Source: Octopus sinensis (lineage: Eukaryota). Taken from it: 64,000 nucleotides of DNA. The position numbers and the translations under genes were made by a program. Below, piece after piece: positions 22,677 through 35,000 of this stretch. The stretch is taken from NCBI RefSeq assembly GCF_006345805.1, contig NC_042997.1, positions 42,532,001 through 42,596,000 of the forward strand, given 5' to 3'. The first letter of the stretch is position 1. Every line of letters starts with the position of its first letter. A model generated the notes under the pieces. The model made no database searches. It was not told the origin of the DNA and was given only the letters and a program-made list of their open reading frames with translations.

Positions 22677-23609
22677 ATCTGATGGATATATAAAATTAAA
22701 TGCAGGTTAATTTTATATATCTCTAAAGTTAGCTATAGAAGTGGAAAATAGAAAACAAATCAAGTCAGGAAATTACCAGATGAAAAAAAAAAAATCATTG
22801 GCTCCAAATAAAGGCACTGATATCATTTCATAGTTTCTACATATGAACCAATGATGTTCTAAAGCCTAATATTTACTATGGTCCAGTAAGATACTCCATG
22901 TCACTATAATTTGTTTTTGTGCACTGATATACTGGTATATCATCAACATCATCAATATGTAGTGGATGCTTAGTGAAATTCTCTCTCTTTCTCATATATA
23001 ACATAAACACGGATGTAGCAGATAACAGCTAACCTTTGGCCGCTTGGGCCCTGTTGTGTACACTACTCTGATTGGTTGGATTTGGTGCAGTTTGTATCTT
23101 GCTCTATCCCGTGCCAATGTGCAACCCAACCAATCGCAGCCTTCTGATAAGGTCCTGTGACAGTTTTTCTATATCTCCATTTGAGCCTATAATTTGCTAT
23201 AAAGCACAGTGATTCATCGAGTCGAGCGTCTTTGGTTTTAGACCACTGACCACAGAGCGACACAGCCAGTTCCAGCGACTACACCAGCAACAACTTGGTG
23301 AATCAACTCATTTGTCCAGCATTATTCAGGACCTCCATCTCCATCTGATGGATACATAAAATTAAATGCAGGTTAATTTTATATATCTCTAAAGTTAGCT
23401 ATAGAAGTGGAAAATAGAAAACAAATCAAGCCAGGAAATTACCAGATGAAAAAAAAAATCATTGGCTCTAAATAAAGGCACTGATATCATTTCATAGTTT
23501 CTACATATGAACCAATGATGTTCTAAAGCCTAAAATTTACTATGATCCAGTAAGATACTCCATGTCACTATAATTTGTTTTTGTGCACTGATATACTGGT
23601 ATATCATCA
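22677..23609. repeat. ~268-bp direct repeat pair (22677-22945 and 23343-23609) around a ~400-bp spacer
   Basis: By-eye alignment shows 5 substitutions plus a 2-nt difference in an A run. Confidence 0.95.
23014..23343 (+). mobile_element. Solo-LTR-like element
   Basis: Starts TGTAG and may end CCA. Contains several CCAAT/ATTGG boxes and TATAAA at 23198-23203. Second copy at 3285. No TSD seen. Confidence 0.4.
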
Positions 23610-24508
23610 TCAACACTTAACATCCATTTTCCATTGCTGGCATAGGCTGGACAGTTTGACAGAATTCAACGAGTCACAGAGCTCTATCATGCCCCAGTGT
23701 CAGCTTTAGTATAATTTCTATAGTTGGATGTCCTTCCTGATGCTAACCACATTTCCCTATCTCCATCATTTATTACAACCCACCACCATACATCTATATC
23801 ATTACAATGTCTATGATCTACAATAGCTTTCAAAAATAGTGGCATAGCATTACAATTTATTACATTAGTCTTCATTCCTCACACTTACCACGACCCATTG
23901 GGTAATAAGAGCTCTACCTAGTACAAATGCAAGTCCTGTCATGAGCCTGCTCCCAAGCCATACCAAGCCCTTATCTGCTAGGTCTTCCTCTACAGTACTC
24001 GACCAGACTTTAACAAAACTATTTCACTTCCTATGCCCTCTTTCTGGCCTCCACTTGAGAAAGACACTTAATGCTCTCCTCATAGGTCTCGTCATGGCCA
24101 AGTATTTTCCATTGTCTCACAATGATAGTATCCTATAATTGACTCAGTCCAGTCCTTCTACATAAGTGATGTAGAAATGCTTAGAATTCCTTTCATAATC
24201 CACTGTAATCCACAGCATTATCACCATATCATCATAACCTATAATGATTTATCATAATTCACTGATATACTCTCATGCAACTATACCTTTAATCTGCTAT
24301 AGCCAATTGGTACATTTTTATGACATTATGGTGTCTATAATATGATAGGTGCTTACGTGGCTGTGTGGTTAAGAAACTTGCTTTCCACTTCCAACTGCAT
24401 GGCATCATGGACAGGTGTCTTCTACAAGAGCCCTGGGCTGATCAAAGCCTTGTAAGTGGATTTGGTTGACAGAAACCAAAAGAAGCTCATTGTAAGTATG
24501 TATGTATA

Positions 24509-24897
24509 CTCTTTTACTTGTTTCAGTCATTTGACTGCGGCCATGCTGGAGCACCGCCTTTAATCGAGCAACTCGACCCCGGGACTTATTCTTTTGTAAG
24601 CCCAGTACTTATTTTATCGGTCTCTTTTGCCGAACCGCTAAGTAACAGGGACATAAACACACCAGCATCGGTTGTCAAGCAATGTTAGGGGGACAAACAC
24701 AGACACACAAACACACACACGCATATATATATACATATATACGATGGGCTTCTTTCAGTTTCCGTCTACCAAATCCACTCACAAGGCTTTGGTCAACCCG
24801 AGGCTATAGTAGAAGACACTTGCCCAAGGTGCCATGCAGTGGGACTGAACCCGGAACCATGTGGTTGGTAAACAAGCTACTTACCACACAGCCACTC
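24509..24897 (-). mobile_element. SINE A, nearly full length
   Basis: Reverse complement of the family A consensus. The head is cut at gccactc next to an RTE tail. Confidence 0.9.
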
Positions 24898-24899
24898 AT

Positions 24900-26255
24900 A
24901 TCATCATCATCATCATCATCATTTAGCGTCCATTTTCCATGCTAGCATGGGTTGGATGGTTCAACTGGGGTCTGTGAAGCCAGAAGGCTTCATCAGGCCC
25001 AGTCAGATCTGGCAGTGTTTCTACGGCTGGATGCCCTTCCTAACGCCAACCTATCCGTGAGTGTAGTGGGTGCTTTTTACGTGCCACCTGCACAGGTTCC
25101 AGACAGAGCTGGCAAACGGCCACGAACGGATGGTGCTTTTACGTGCCACCGGCACGGGGGCCAGGCGAGGCTGGCATCGGACACGGACGGATGGTGCTTT
25201 TACGTGCCACCGGCACAAGGGCCAGGCGAGGCTGGCAACAGACACGAGTGGATGGTGCTTTTACGTTCCACCGGCATGGGGGCTAGGCGAGGCTGGCAGC
25301 AGACACGAACGGATGGTGCTTTTATGTGCCACCGGCACGGAGGCCAGACGGGGCAGCTCCGACAACGACCACGATCGGATGGTTCGCTTAACCACAGCTG
25401 CAATTTCCACTGATGTTGATCGACCTCAATTTTGGTTCTGCTTTCTGATATCTGATTTGATTTGGTTTGATTTTGACTGTTCTCACTGGTCTTGCCGGGT
25501 CTTCTCACGCACAGCATACTTCCATAGGTCTCGGTCTCTAGTCATTTCCTTGGTGAGACCTAAAGTTCGAAGGTCGTGCTTCACCACCTCGTCCCAGGTT
25601 TTCCTGGGTCTACCTCTTCCACAGGTTCCCTCAACTGCTAGGGTATGGCACTTTTGCACACAACTATCTTCACCCATTCTTGTCACATGCCCGTACCAGC
25701 GCAGACGTCACTCTTGCACACCACAACTGATGCTTCTTAGGTCCAACTTTTCTCTCAAGGTACTTACACTCTGTCGATTATGAACACTGACATTACACAT
25801 CCATCGGAGCATACTGGCTTCATTTCTTGCGAGCTTACGCATATCCTCAGCAGTCACAGCCCATGTTTCACTACCATGTAGCATGGCTGTACGTACACAT
25901 GCATCATACAGCCTGCCTTTTACTCTGAGCAAGAGGCCTTTTGTCAACAGCAGGGGTAAGAGCTCTCTAAACTTTGCCCAGGCTATTCTTACTCTAGTAG
26001 TTACACTTTCAGCACCCCCATCCCCGCTACTGACTTGGTCACCTAGGTAGCGGAAGCTATCAACTACTTCTAGTTTTTCTCCCTGGAACGTGGTAGAAGT
26101 TGGTCTCTGCACATTTTCAGTGTTTATTGCTCCTGAGCATCTGCCACAGACAAAAACTATTTTTCTAGTTAGCCTTCCTTTGACATTGCTACACCTCTTA
26201 TGTGTCCATAGCTTACACTTGGTACACCTTATAGAGTTTCTACCTACACCTTTTC
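24900..26255 (-). mobile_element. RTE-clade LINE family 1, 5'-truncated (ORF end plus 3' UTR with 5 tandem units)
   Basis: ORFs 25708-26112 and 25483-25686 (GEKLEVVDSFRYLGD...MLHGSETW...CGRGRPRKTWDEVVKHDL). The 3' UTR ends in (GAT)n. Confidence 0.95.
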
Positions 26256-26281
26256 TTTTTTTTTCTACCTACACCTTTTTT

Positions 26282-26319
<38 letters not shown>

Positions 26320-26900
26320 CGGGAAGGTTTACAAAAATAAACAAAAGACGAAGGCAAGTGGAGTACAAACAAACAAATGTATTAGTATAGTGCTCGGGAA
26401 TAGAAAAAGTCTTTTACGTTTCGAGCCTACGCTCTTCGACAGAAAGATAAACAAAAAAAAACAAGGAGAGAAAAAAAAGCGTGTAGTGGCTAACGATCTA
26501 TCATGGCGTCCTGATTTCAGGCAGCGGTCAGACGCTAGACGGACAGCAGGGGAGATAACAGGGTCGAGTGACTTCCAAAACGAAGGTGCCGCCAACACAA
26601 AGGCGCGTGTGTGTATAAGAGAGTATGTATGTGCGTGTGAAAGAGGGCTGGTGGTCTGGACTTGTGTGTGTGTATGTATGTGTGGGTGTGGAGATGTGGG
26701 GATGGGTGTGTGCCGTGGGTGTGTGGGTGGTGTGTTGTGATGTGATGTGTAATGTTGTATGGTGTAGTGTAGTGTGCTGTGATGTTGTGGGGAGGTGGGG
26801 AGGCGAGATTGGGGAAAGCCCAGGTGGGGTGTGGGTTCGGCTGGGGGTTGGGGTAGAGTGGGGGTTGTGGGGAGAGTGAGAGGGGGAAATAAGAGAGGGG
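26320..26900 (-). mobile_element. PLE family 1 pLTR/3' UTR, second copy
   Basis: Reverse complement aligns with 16818-17355. Followed by (TA)n at 26285-26318. Confidence 0.9.
26410..26446 (-). ncRNA. Minimal hammerhead ribozyme (variant core CUGUCGA)
   Basis: Reverse complement tctttctgtcgaagagcgtaggctcgaaacgtaaaaga, with the same stems as 17221-17258. Confidence 0.75.
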
Positions 26901-26904
26901 GTCG

Positions 26905-28260
26905 GTTCTCTGGTACTGTTCACTGACGTCATATAATTCCAAACCAATCAAAACCAAACTTCAACGAATATAAGGAAAAGACCCATAACTGTATCCTGTT
27001 AGGAAACCAACCAAGCAGGACGACAAGCTAGACGAAGGAAGAAAAACGTCATCAATTTTTTAACGAATCAAAATCAGAACTGACCCATAACTGTATCTTG
27101 TAAGGAAACCAACCAAGCAGAACGACAAGCTTGACCACAGAGGTAAAACGTCATCAATTTTTTAACGAATCAAAATCAGATCCGCTCGCAGAGAAAAAAT
27201 CTTTTTATAAATTCATCATTCCCTAAGACATACCACTGCCAGTGGGAGTGACTGTTTAAGGATCTGAGAAATTGTAATTCCCCCACCTCCACTATTTTAA
27301 TTCTCTCACTGTGGCCGTAGCAGTAGGAGGCTGTTGATCGTAGCAGCAATGGTAGTGACCACGGTGGTTGTAGTAGTAGTGCTAGTGGGAGCAGTCGTAG
27401 TGGTTGTGGTAGAATTTCATTTTTCTTTTTCGGAAGACCAATGTTTTGTTTTAATATTCCTGGCCTAGGGTGTTCAAACTTGGTCTAAATTTTTTGATGA
27501 AATAAAGTTCTTTATTTTGGCGTTGTGTGAAGGTTACGCTGTCACTGAATTTGTAAAGTGGGTAAGTTGTAAATTTCGGATTTTCATTTGCAGCACATCT
27601 ATCTATGTGTCCGCTGACCGGTATTTTCCGGTATTCAGGGTTTCTAATTTGTGATTTATGCACCGCCATCCTGTTACGTAAGCTATTTTTTGTATGGCCT
27701 ATATATTGCCTATTGCAGCCTGTGCATGTTAAGACGTAAATTAAGTTTTCTGATGCACAGGTGAAGTTTGTTCTAATGGTGAACTGATGGCCTTGTTCTA
27801 GTATAAATTCTGAACCTTCTACCAAGATGACACAGATTCAGCAGTTGGGCCTTCCACATTTTCTAACTGCTGGTTTTGTGGTTGATGTTGAGTGCAGTTT
27901 AGCTTGGGTTAAAATCCTTTTCAAGGATTTTGGTTGCCGTTTACTTTTAATGATGGTGTGTGTTTCGAGGATCCGGTTCATCTTTGGGTCTCCCTTTAGT
28001 AGGGCTGTGCTTTGTAGTATGGTGCTGAAGGCCTCATTATTAAGTGGGTTGTGTGTAGAGATGTAGGGAAGGGTTTTTAATTGTTCTTTCTTTTTTGGTT
28101 TTGTTTGTCTCAGGTCTTCCATACTTAATTTAAGTGCCCGTTGGATTGCACTGTCTATTAGGGGCTGTGGATAGTTTCTATTTATGAGTGTGGTTCTAAG
28201 TTCCTGGAGACGTGTGTGTCAGGTGTTTGTGTCTGATATTATGGTGCAAATCCTTCTAGC
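26905..28260 (-). mobile_element. PLE family 2, 5'-truncated: linker, CGRPNC motif, GIY-YIG endonuclease and 3' region
   Basis: ORF 27838-28122 (LPYISTHNP...KSKRQPKSLKRIL...KCGRPNC) and ORF 27451-27825 (FTCASENLIYVLTCTGCNRQYIGHTKNSLRNRMAVHKSQI...ELYFIKKFRPSLN), separated by one stop. The 3' region has a ~107-bp tandem duplication at ~26980-27180. Confidence 0.9.
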
Positions 28261-28301
28261 TAGACAAAAAGGGACATTTATTCTAGTGTATATATATGTA
28301 T

Positions 28302-28555
28302 TATTTTTGTATTCTTATTCGTGTAACATAATCCGTTTTTCTGTCCTTGTTTTGTATACATTCGGAGCTTTTTTCCAAGGAATCTAATGCCCTTAGCTTA
28401 GTTTTTCCTTGGGGCTGGCCAGATCGGAGCAATCTCAAGGTTAATCAGCTGAAATTGCGAGGATGATCCGGTTCTTGACTGAAGATTGAAGGCTTCGAAT
28501 GTCCCGTTTTTTGTACTGTCTTCTGTTTTGCGTTCTTGTCCTAGTTTGTATTTAT
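28302..28555 (+). repeat. Structured T-rich repeat (probable PLE pLTR, family 3), copy 1
   Basis: Near-identical to 28955-29222. Contains the hairpin ccaagga...tccttgg and ends in a T-rich tract plus (TA)n, like the PLE1 end. Confidence 0.6.
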
Positions 28556-28954
28556 ATATATATATATATATATATAGCGGCGTACGTACCCTCTCTCTTA
28601 TATGTAAGTATGATTCTACAACACTTGGTACGACTCTACAACACTGTCTCTTCCCCTTCTCCTACATTTCTTTGCTCTTCACTTTGTCCCTGTGTTTTTT
28701 TCTCGCTCTCTCTCTCTCTTCTCCTTCTCCTTAATTCCTCTGTCCCTCTTTTCCTCTCGCTTCTCTTCACACGTGACTGACTACTGGCCTTTTGGGTCTG
28801 GCAGCGGTCTGGCAGTGGTAACATCAACATTTTTTTTCTCTGCCCCAAGGCACATTCCTAACACGCCAGCTGAGTTTAATTCGTCTAAGTCAAAAGACGC
28901 CTGTTTGTGACGTCCTGTTATTGTTATTATTATTATTATTATTGTTTTCACATA

Positions 28955-29222
28955 TTATTTTTGTATTCATATTCGTGTAACATTGTCCATTTTTCTATCC
29001 TTGTTTTGTATACATTCGGAGCTTTTTTCCAAGGAATCTAAATGCCCTTAGCTTAGTTTTTCCTTGGGGCTGGCCAGATTGGAGCAATCTCAAGGTTAAT
29101 CAGCCGAAATTGCGAGGATGATCCGGTTCTTGACTGAAGATTGAAAGCTTCGAATGTCCCGTCCGTGTTTTTTGTATCGTCTTCTAAATGTTTTGTGTTC
29201 TTGTCTCAGTTTGTATATTTAT
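28955..29222 (+). repeat. Structured T-rich repeat (probable PLE pLTR, family 3), copy 2
   Basis: Direct repeat of 28302-28555 at an offset of ~655 bp. Confidence 0.6.
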
Positions 29223-29226
29223 ATAT

Positions 29227-29600
29227 ACCAACCACATGGTTCCGGGTTCAGTCCCACTGCATGGCATCTTGGGCAAGTGTCTTCTGCTATAGCCTCGGGC
29301 CAACCAATGCCTTGTGAGTGGATTTGGTAGACGGAAACTGAAAGAAGCCCGTCGTATATATGTATGTATATATATATGTGTGTATGTTTGTGTGTCTGTG
29401 TTTGTCCCCCTAGCATTGCTTGACAACCGATGCTGGTGTGTTTACGTCCCCGTCACTTAGCGGTTCGGCAAAACAGACCGATAGAATAAGTACTGGGCTT
29501 ACAAAGAATAAGTCCTGGGGTCGATTTGCTCGACTAAAGGCGGTGCTCTAGCATGACCGCAGTCAAATGACTGAAACAAGTAAAAGAGTAAAGAGTAAGA
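29227..29600 (+). mobile_element. SINE A, 5'-truncated
   Basis: accaaccacatggttccggg...gaaacaagtaaaagagtaaagag. Confidence 0.9.
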
Positions 29601-29834
29601 GTATATATATAATACAAGCAAATTTGTTCATTTCCAGTCTTCTATGAAAAACATGTCTGGCCATGGGGAAAAGTTACCTTGCATGGAAACAGGTGAGAGT
29701 TGGGTATGAAGAAGCACACCTGGTCAAAGAAAACCTGCCTCAATAGACTGCATCCAAGTGATACAAGCAAGGAAATGTGAACATTGAAATGATGGTGATG
29801 ATGATGATGATCCTACTGTAGTCTATGTCACTAT

Positions 29835-30224
29835 GTGGAAGCACTCCGTCGGTTACGACGACGAGGGCTCCGGTTGATCCGAATCAACGGAACAGCTTGC
29901 TCGTGAAATTAACGTGTAAGTGGCTGAGCACTCCACAGACACGTGTACCCTTAACGCAGTTCTCGGGGATATTCAGCGTGACACAGAGAGTGACAAGGCC
30001 GGCCCTTTGAAATACAGGTACAACAGAAACAGGAAGTAAGAGTGAGAGAAAGTTGTGGTGAAAGAGTACAGCAGGGATCACCACCATCCCCTGCCGGAGC
30101 CTCGTGGAGCTTTTAGGTGTTTTCGCTGAATAAACACTCACAACGCCCGGTCTGGGAATCGAAACCGCGACCCTATGACCACGAGTCTGCTGCCCTAACC
30201 ATTGGGCCATTGCGCCTCCACCGC
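29835..30224 (-). mobile_element. SINE B, full length
   Basis: 13-bp TSD tctatgtcactat (29822-29834 and 30225-30237). Confidence 0.95.
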
Positions 30225-30797
30225 TCTATGTCACTATAATAGACCTATGAAAGTTGAGTCTCTATATTGAGATTGATTATCAACTTCCTTGCAGAAAATG
30301 CATTCTTCAATATCTATAAATGCTTTATTCACAAAGGAATCCCTTTGCTACATTTCAGCTGGTATCCTGCTGATGTTCTTTCTTACTTTAATCAAGTTCA
30401 GAAGTATATTTCCAATATCATTGGTTCTGTTTTGACAGCTAAACTTTAACCATTCTCACGCCACCTGGACATTGATTCCTTATCCCTATTCCATAAATAA
30501 TTCCATTGAACTTTCTCCTCTTAAAATTACTAGTCATGTAGCTCATCTTTCTCCAATTTATCCTTTTCACTGTTGTTATCCTTCCCTATAAGAAATGTTT
30601 TGATTCCAGCCATTTCTGTCCTTGAACAGCTGTCTTACAGATCCCTTTTTTTTTCTTGTTTCCATAGATAAATACAATCTTAACTCTTTTAATTCTTGCA
30701 TTAATTATTTTATAATTCTTCGGGCAGATTCTCATTAGATTTTTTTCTTTCCTTTTCTCTGGTACTCCCATCATACTAAGTGGTTAGTTGAAGAATG

Positions 30798-31182
30798 TGG
30801 AGGCGCAATGGCCCAGTGGTTAGGGCAGCGGACTCGTGGTCATAGGATCGCGGTTTCAATTCCCAGACCGGGCGTTGTGAGTGTTTATTGAGCGAAAACA
30901 CCTAAAGCTCCATGATGCTCCGGCAGGGGATGGTGGTGATCCCTGCTGTACTCTTTCACCACAACTTTCTCTCACTCTTACTTCCTGTTTCTGTTGTACC
31001 TGTATTTCAAAGGGCCGGCCTTGTCACTCTCTGTGTCGCGCTGAATATCCCCGAGAACTACGTTAAGGGTACACGTGTCTGTGGAGTGCTCAGCCACTTA
31101 CACGTTAATTTCACGAGCAGGCTGTTCCGTTGATCGGATCAACCGGAACCCTTGTCGTCGTAACCGACGGAGTGCTTCCCTA
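30798..31182 (+). mobile_element. SINE B, full length
   Basis: 13-bp TSD agttgaagaatgt (30786-30798 and 31183-31195). A-box-like tggcccagtgg. Confidence 0.95.
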
Positions 31183-31663
31183 AGTTGAAGAATGTTTTAT
31201 TGTTAGTTGCTTGCCACCTTGTTTGGAGTGGCTTCCAAAAAAAAAAAATAGTCTACTCACACTCACTAGAACCCAGAGGTTCTCAAACTGACCCACCCTT
31301 ACCCCATAAAAAAAATAATAATTAGGGATTTGTTTTGCCCATATAATTCTTCTCTCATTGCCATGGTGCTGGTTAAGTTTAAAAGTTTAAAACCATCTTG
31401 ATTTTATTAAATATGGTATTTTCATTCACCCATTTTCAGTCTTCATAGATCCACCCTCAGGAAGTGAGAGATTTTGACTCCCCCAATGAGAAACTGTTAT
31501 AACCTACGAAATCTATAGTGGACTGATAGACAATAAGCTTTAAGTTAGCCATAGATTTCCCTATAAGCTCTATTGTTTACGAAAATTCACTGATAAACAG
31601 CCGTCCTTATAATTGACAAGATTAATTACCACTTCACTACGGAGTTTACAATCTTACTATGTC

Positions 31664-32063
31664 ATAGGCGTAGGAGTGGCTGTGTGGTAAGTAGCTTGTC
31701 TACCAACCACATGGTTCCGGGTTCAGTCCCACTGCGTGGCATCTTGGGCAAGTGTCTTCTGCTATAGCCCCGGGCCGACCAATGCCTTGTGAGTGGATTT
31801 GGTAGACAGAAACTGAAAGAAGCCTGTATATATATATGTATGTGTGTGTGTGTGTTTGTGTGTCTGTGTTTGTCCCCCTAGCATTGCTTGACAACCGATG
31901 CTGGTGTATTTACGTCCCCGTCACTTAGCGGTTCGGCAAAAGAGACCGATAGAATAAGTACTGGGCTTACAAAGAATAAGTCCCGGGGTCGATTTGCTCG
32001 ACTAAAGGCGGTGCTCCAGCATGGCCGCAGTCAAATGACTGAAACAAGTAAAAGAGAGAAAGA
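31664..32063 (+). mobile_element. SINE A, full length
   Basis: ataggcgtaggagtggctgtgtgg...gaaacaagtaaaagag. Confidence 0.95.
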
Positions 32064-35000
32064 GTCACTAAATATAAAATGATCTACTATAATCCACTGT
32101 AATACTTCTACCAAAACTATGATCTTGTATAGCCCACTTCTTATATATTATGTAAGTTACATATAATTAGTGATCAAAAATAACATTTCTGTCCGATGGG
32201 ACGTTCGCCTTTTTTCTGAATCTGCAACTGTGCGTGTGTGAGTGTCCTATTTTTGATTAGTTACATAATCAAACGTAACAGATCTGTTGATATATTTAAA
32301 GTTGGTGACGCCTTTTAATAACATCAAAACTGTTTTCATTGCTTCGGTTGTTGAAGCCTTTAACAGTTTAATCATCACAACCCAAGCAGTACTTAGTTGT
32401 TGACTGTTGTTGTCTCAGGAATAAAAAACTCAAACTTATGCTATGCTAACGATGCTGATGTTGACACTTAAGAAGTGGATGACAATGTCACGTATGACAG
32501 TGATGATGGTGGTGGCGGTGGGGGTGATATAGGAGGAGGAGGAAGGGATGGTGGTGACGGTGAATAACGAAGAGGAGGTTAACAAAAGCAGCAACAATAA
32601 TACTTCTGTTGTAGCTGATGATGACGATGATGATGATGATGGTGATTACAACAGTTATTGTTGCTCAGTGCTGTCAACTTCTTTCAGCAACTATATTAAC
32701 CTAACAAGTGATCCATAATTAATTATAGTACTGCTGTACTTCCCACTCGGCCCGACAACTTAACATCCTATCTCTCAGTGAGTAGAGCATACACGGAAAG
32801 AACGGACACACGGACACACACACACACATGTAAATAGTGTGCATTGGGTGTTGGAGTCATCTCCTCTTCTCTGTCCTAATCTCTACTTGTTTATGGTATG
32901 ACTGCCCTGTAAACTGGACGAGCCTTTGTCTTTAAGGGCCAGAAATATAATCCACCCATGTTTACTTATCCGATACTTTTTTTCTGCCTTCGCCGCTGCA
33001 CCACCCTACACGACTCAAGTGGGTAACTTGCCAAACATTTTTTCTACATGCTACAGATATACCTGTCTGCTTGCCTACCTGGCTACCTGCACACACTGCT
33101 CTCTCTCTCTTTTTCTCTCTCTCCACACGCACACACATATCTCACAGAACTGAAAAGAACACACCCACATTTCACCTTGTTACTTTACGGCTCTACCAAT
33201 ATAGAAATTTGTTTCTTCACAATAGGTTTTGGTATTGGGATAATTACAACTATGCCTGGTTGTTTACTGCAGTTTCAGGACACGCGGTAGTAGCTGCTAT
33301 TTAGCTACAGGCCAACCCTAATCGAACAAGCTAATGATCTACCATGTTCCAGACGTGACCATCCTCTTTTTTTTTCTTTACATAGGTTCACATTCTCCTC
33401 TCTGTATGTGTGTATGTGTGTAAATTTAGCTTCTATTTCTAGCAGGTCGAATGACTTCTTAGAGACCTGCCTCTTTTGCTTGGGTTGTGTCGGTTCACTC
33501 TCTGTGGTATGTGTGTGATTTCAGTTACGTGCAACAGTTTGCAGTCTGTTGTTTGTACTTGGGATTTGGTTTACATGTGCTTTATGTTGTTTACAAAACT
33601 ATTGCGTTGTTTTGCTTCGTACAACTGTTAACAGGGGGGCGGTTGTTTCTTACTTCCATAAATAACAATTAGAGATAAAAACAACGCACAGGATGGAACA
33701 ACGTCGAAGGAACTATGAATAGAAATGTATAAAACAATGAATTTAATAGTCTTTTGGAACAAACGTGCATAAATGGGGAAGCTAATGGCATAAGTTCAGA
33801 TTGGAGCTCCTCGACTTTGTTTCCTCATGCCTTTTTGCAAAATACATCATTCAATGAAATTTTGCTGGCACATTTTCAGCAATTTTACTTTTTTTTTTGT
33901 CTTTAAAACATTATCATTATGTAATTTACTCTCTCAAACTGTATTGCTACAAAACGTCATTTAAAAATATTCAGAGAGCCATGCCTAAACTATGTTGACT
34001 GGGTGGAGCACCAATCTGCAGTTATGCCAAACGGATAGGAAATAAAAATTCAGTGTGTTGCATCAATTCTAAATAAAGATTTTCTCAAAGTATTTCTCCG
34101 AAAGCTAAGGTACTTTAATTTTCTTTTGAAGTAAACTTACTAGTCCACATCTATGAAAGAAATTTGACAGGCAAACTTCCAGGTTACTCGCACAAACACA
34201 TTATTAACTTGTTATCTATTTACTTTATATATATATATATATATAATATATATATAACTTTTCGGACCTTTGTAATTTCATTCCCTTCCTATTAATTCCA
34301 GTCAATACATTTCTCAAGTTTGTTGCATCTCACCTCTCTGAACCCATTCAAAAGCCTTTTCCACAAACTCTACCCTACTGGACTTCTATTCCAACGGTAC
34401 CAGCGACTATCTTTGCCTCTATGTTCTCTCTAACCTCCAATAATTCACGTTAATCATTAACTATACTCACCTCAGTCAGCCCTGGCTGATAGAAAATATA
34501 CACGTGTGTCATTACACTTGTATTGAAAGGTCAGTTAGTGAATTTAATATAGTAAACATCTATCAATAGATGAACCATAGGATAAAAGTATATCCTCCCC
34601 ATCAGACACGGATTATCATAAACAATATTTAACGCTGGTTAAACTATAACAAAATAACCCCAAGTCATGTCACTGAAAATACTAATCTATAAAAACAGGA
34701 TGATTTGCAAAATATTAAAAAAAAAAACATGAGTACGTTGCAAAATAACATTTTCTGGGGCAGAAAATGGAAAACGTTCAGTATTGGTAGTTAGTGGTCA
34801 TATAAACATATAAACAACATATTACGCATTGAATCTAAAGTTTGAAAATTCTTAGCAGATTTTGTTAATTCTTGTACAAATCACGAACATTCTCATGGCA
34901 CGTATGACGTTAGTTTCTAGTACTGAGAAGATCAAATAATCTGCATGATCTAATACATTTTATAAGTTTTCACGAAAGCCTGAAAGCTATTCCTCACAAC

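Noticed and set aside
25060-25400. CRISPR-like pattern (conserved ~20-nt palindromic motif with ~40-nt intervals)
   Set aside because: The intervals are homologous to each other rather than unique spacers, the array is part of a LINE 3' UTR in eukaryotic DNA, and no cas genes are present.
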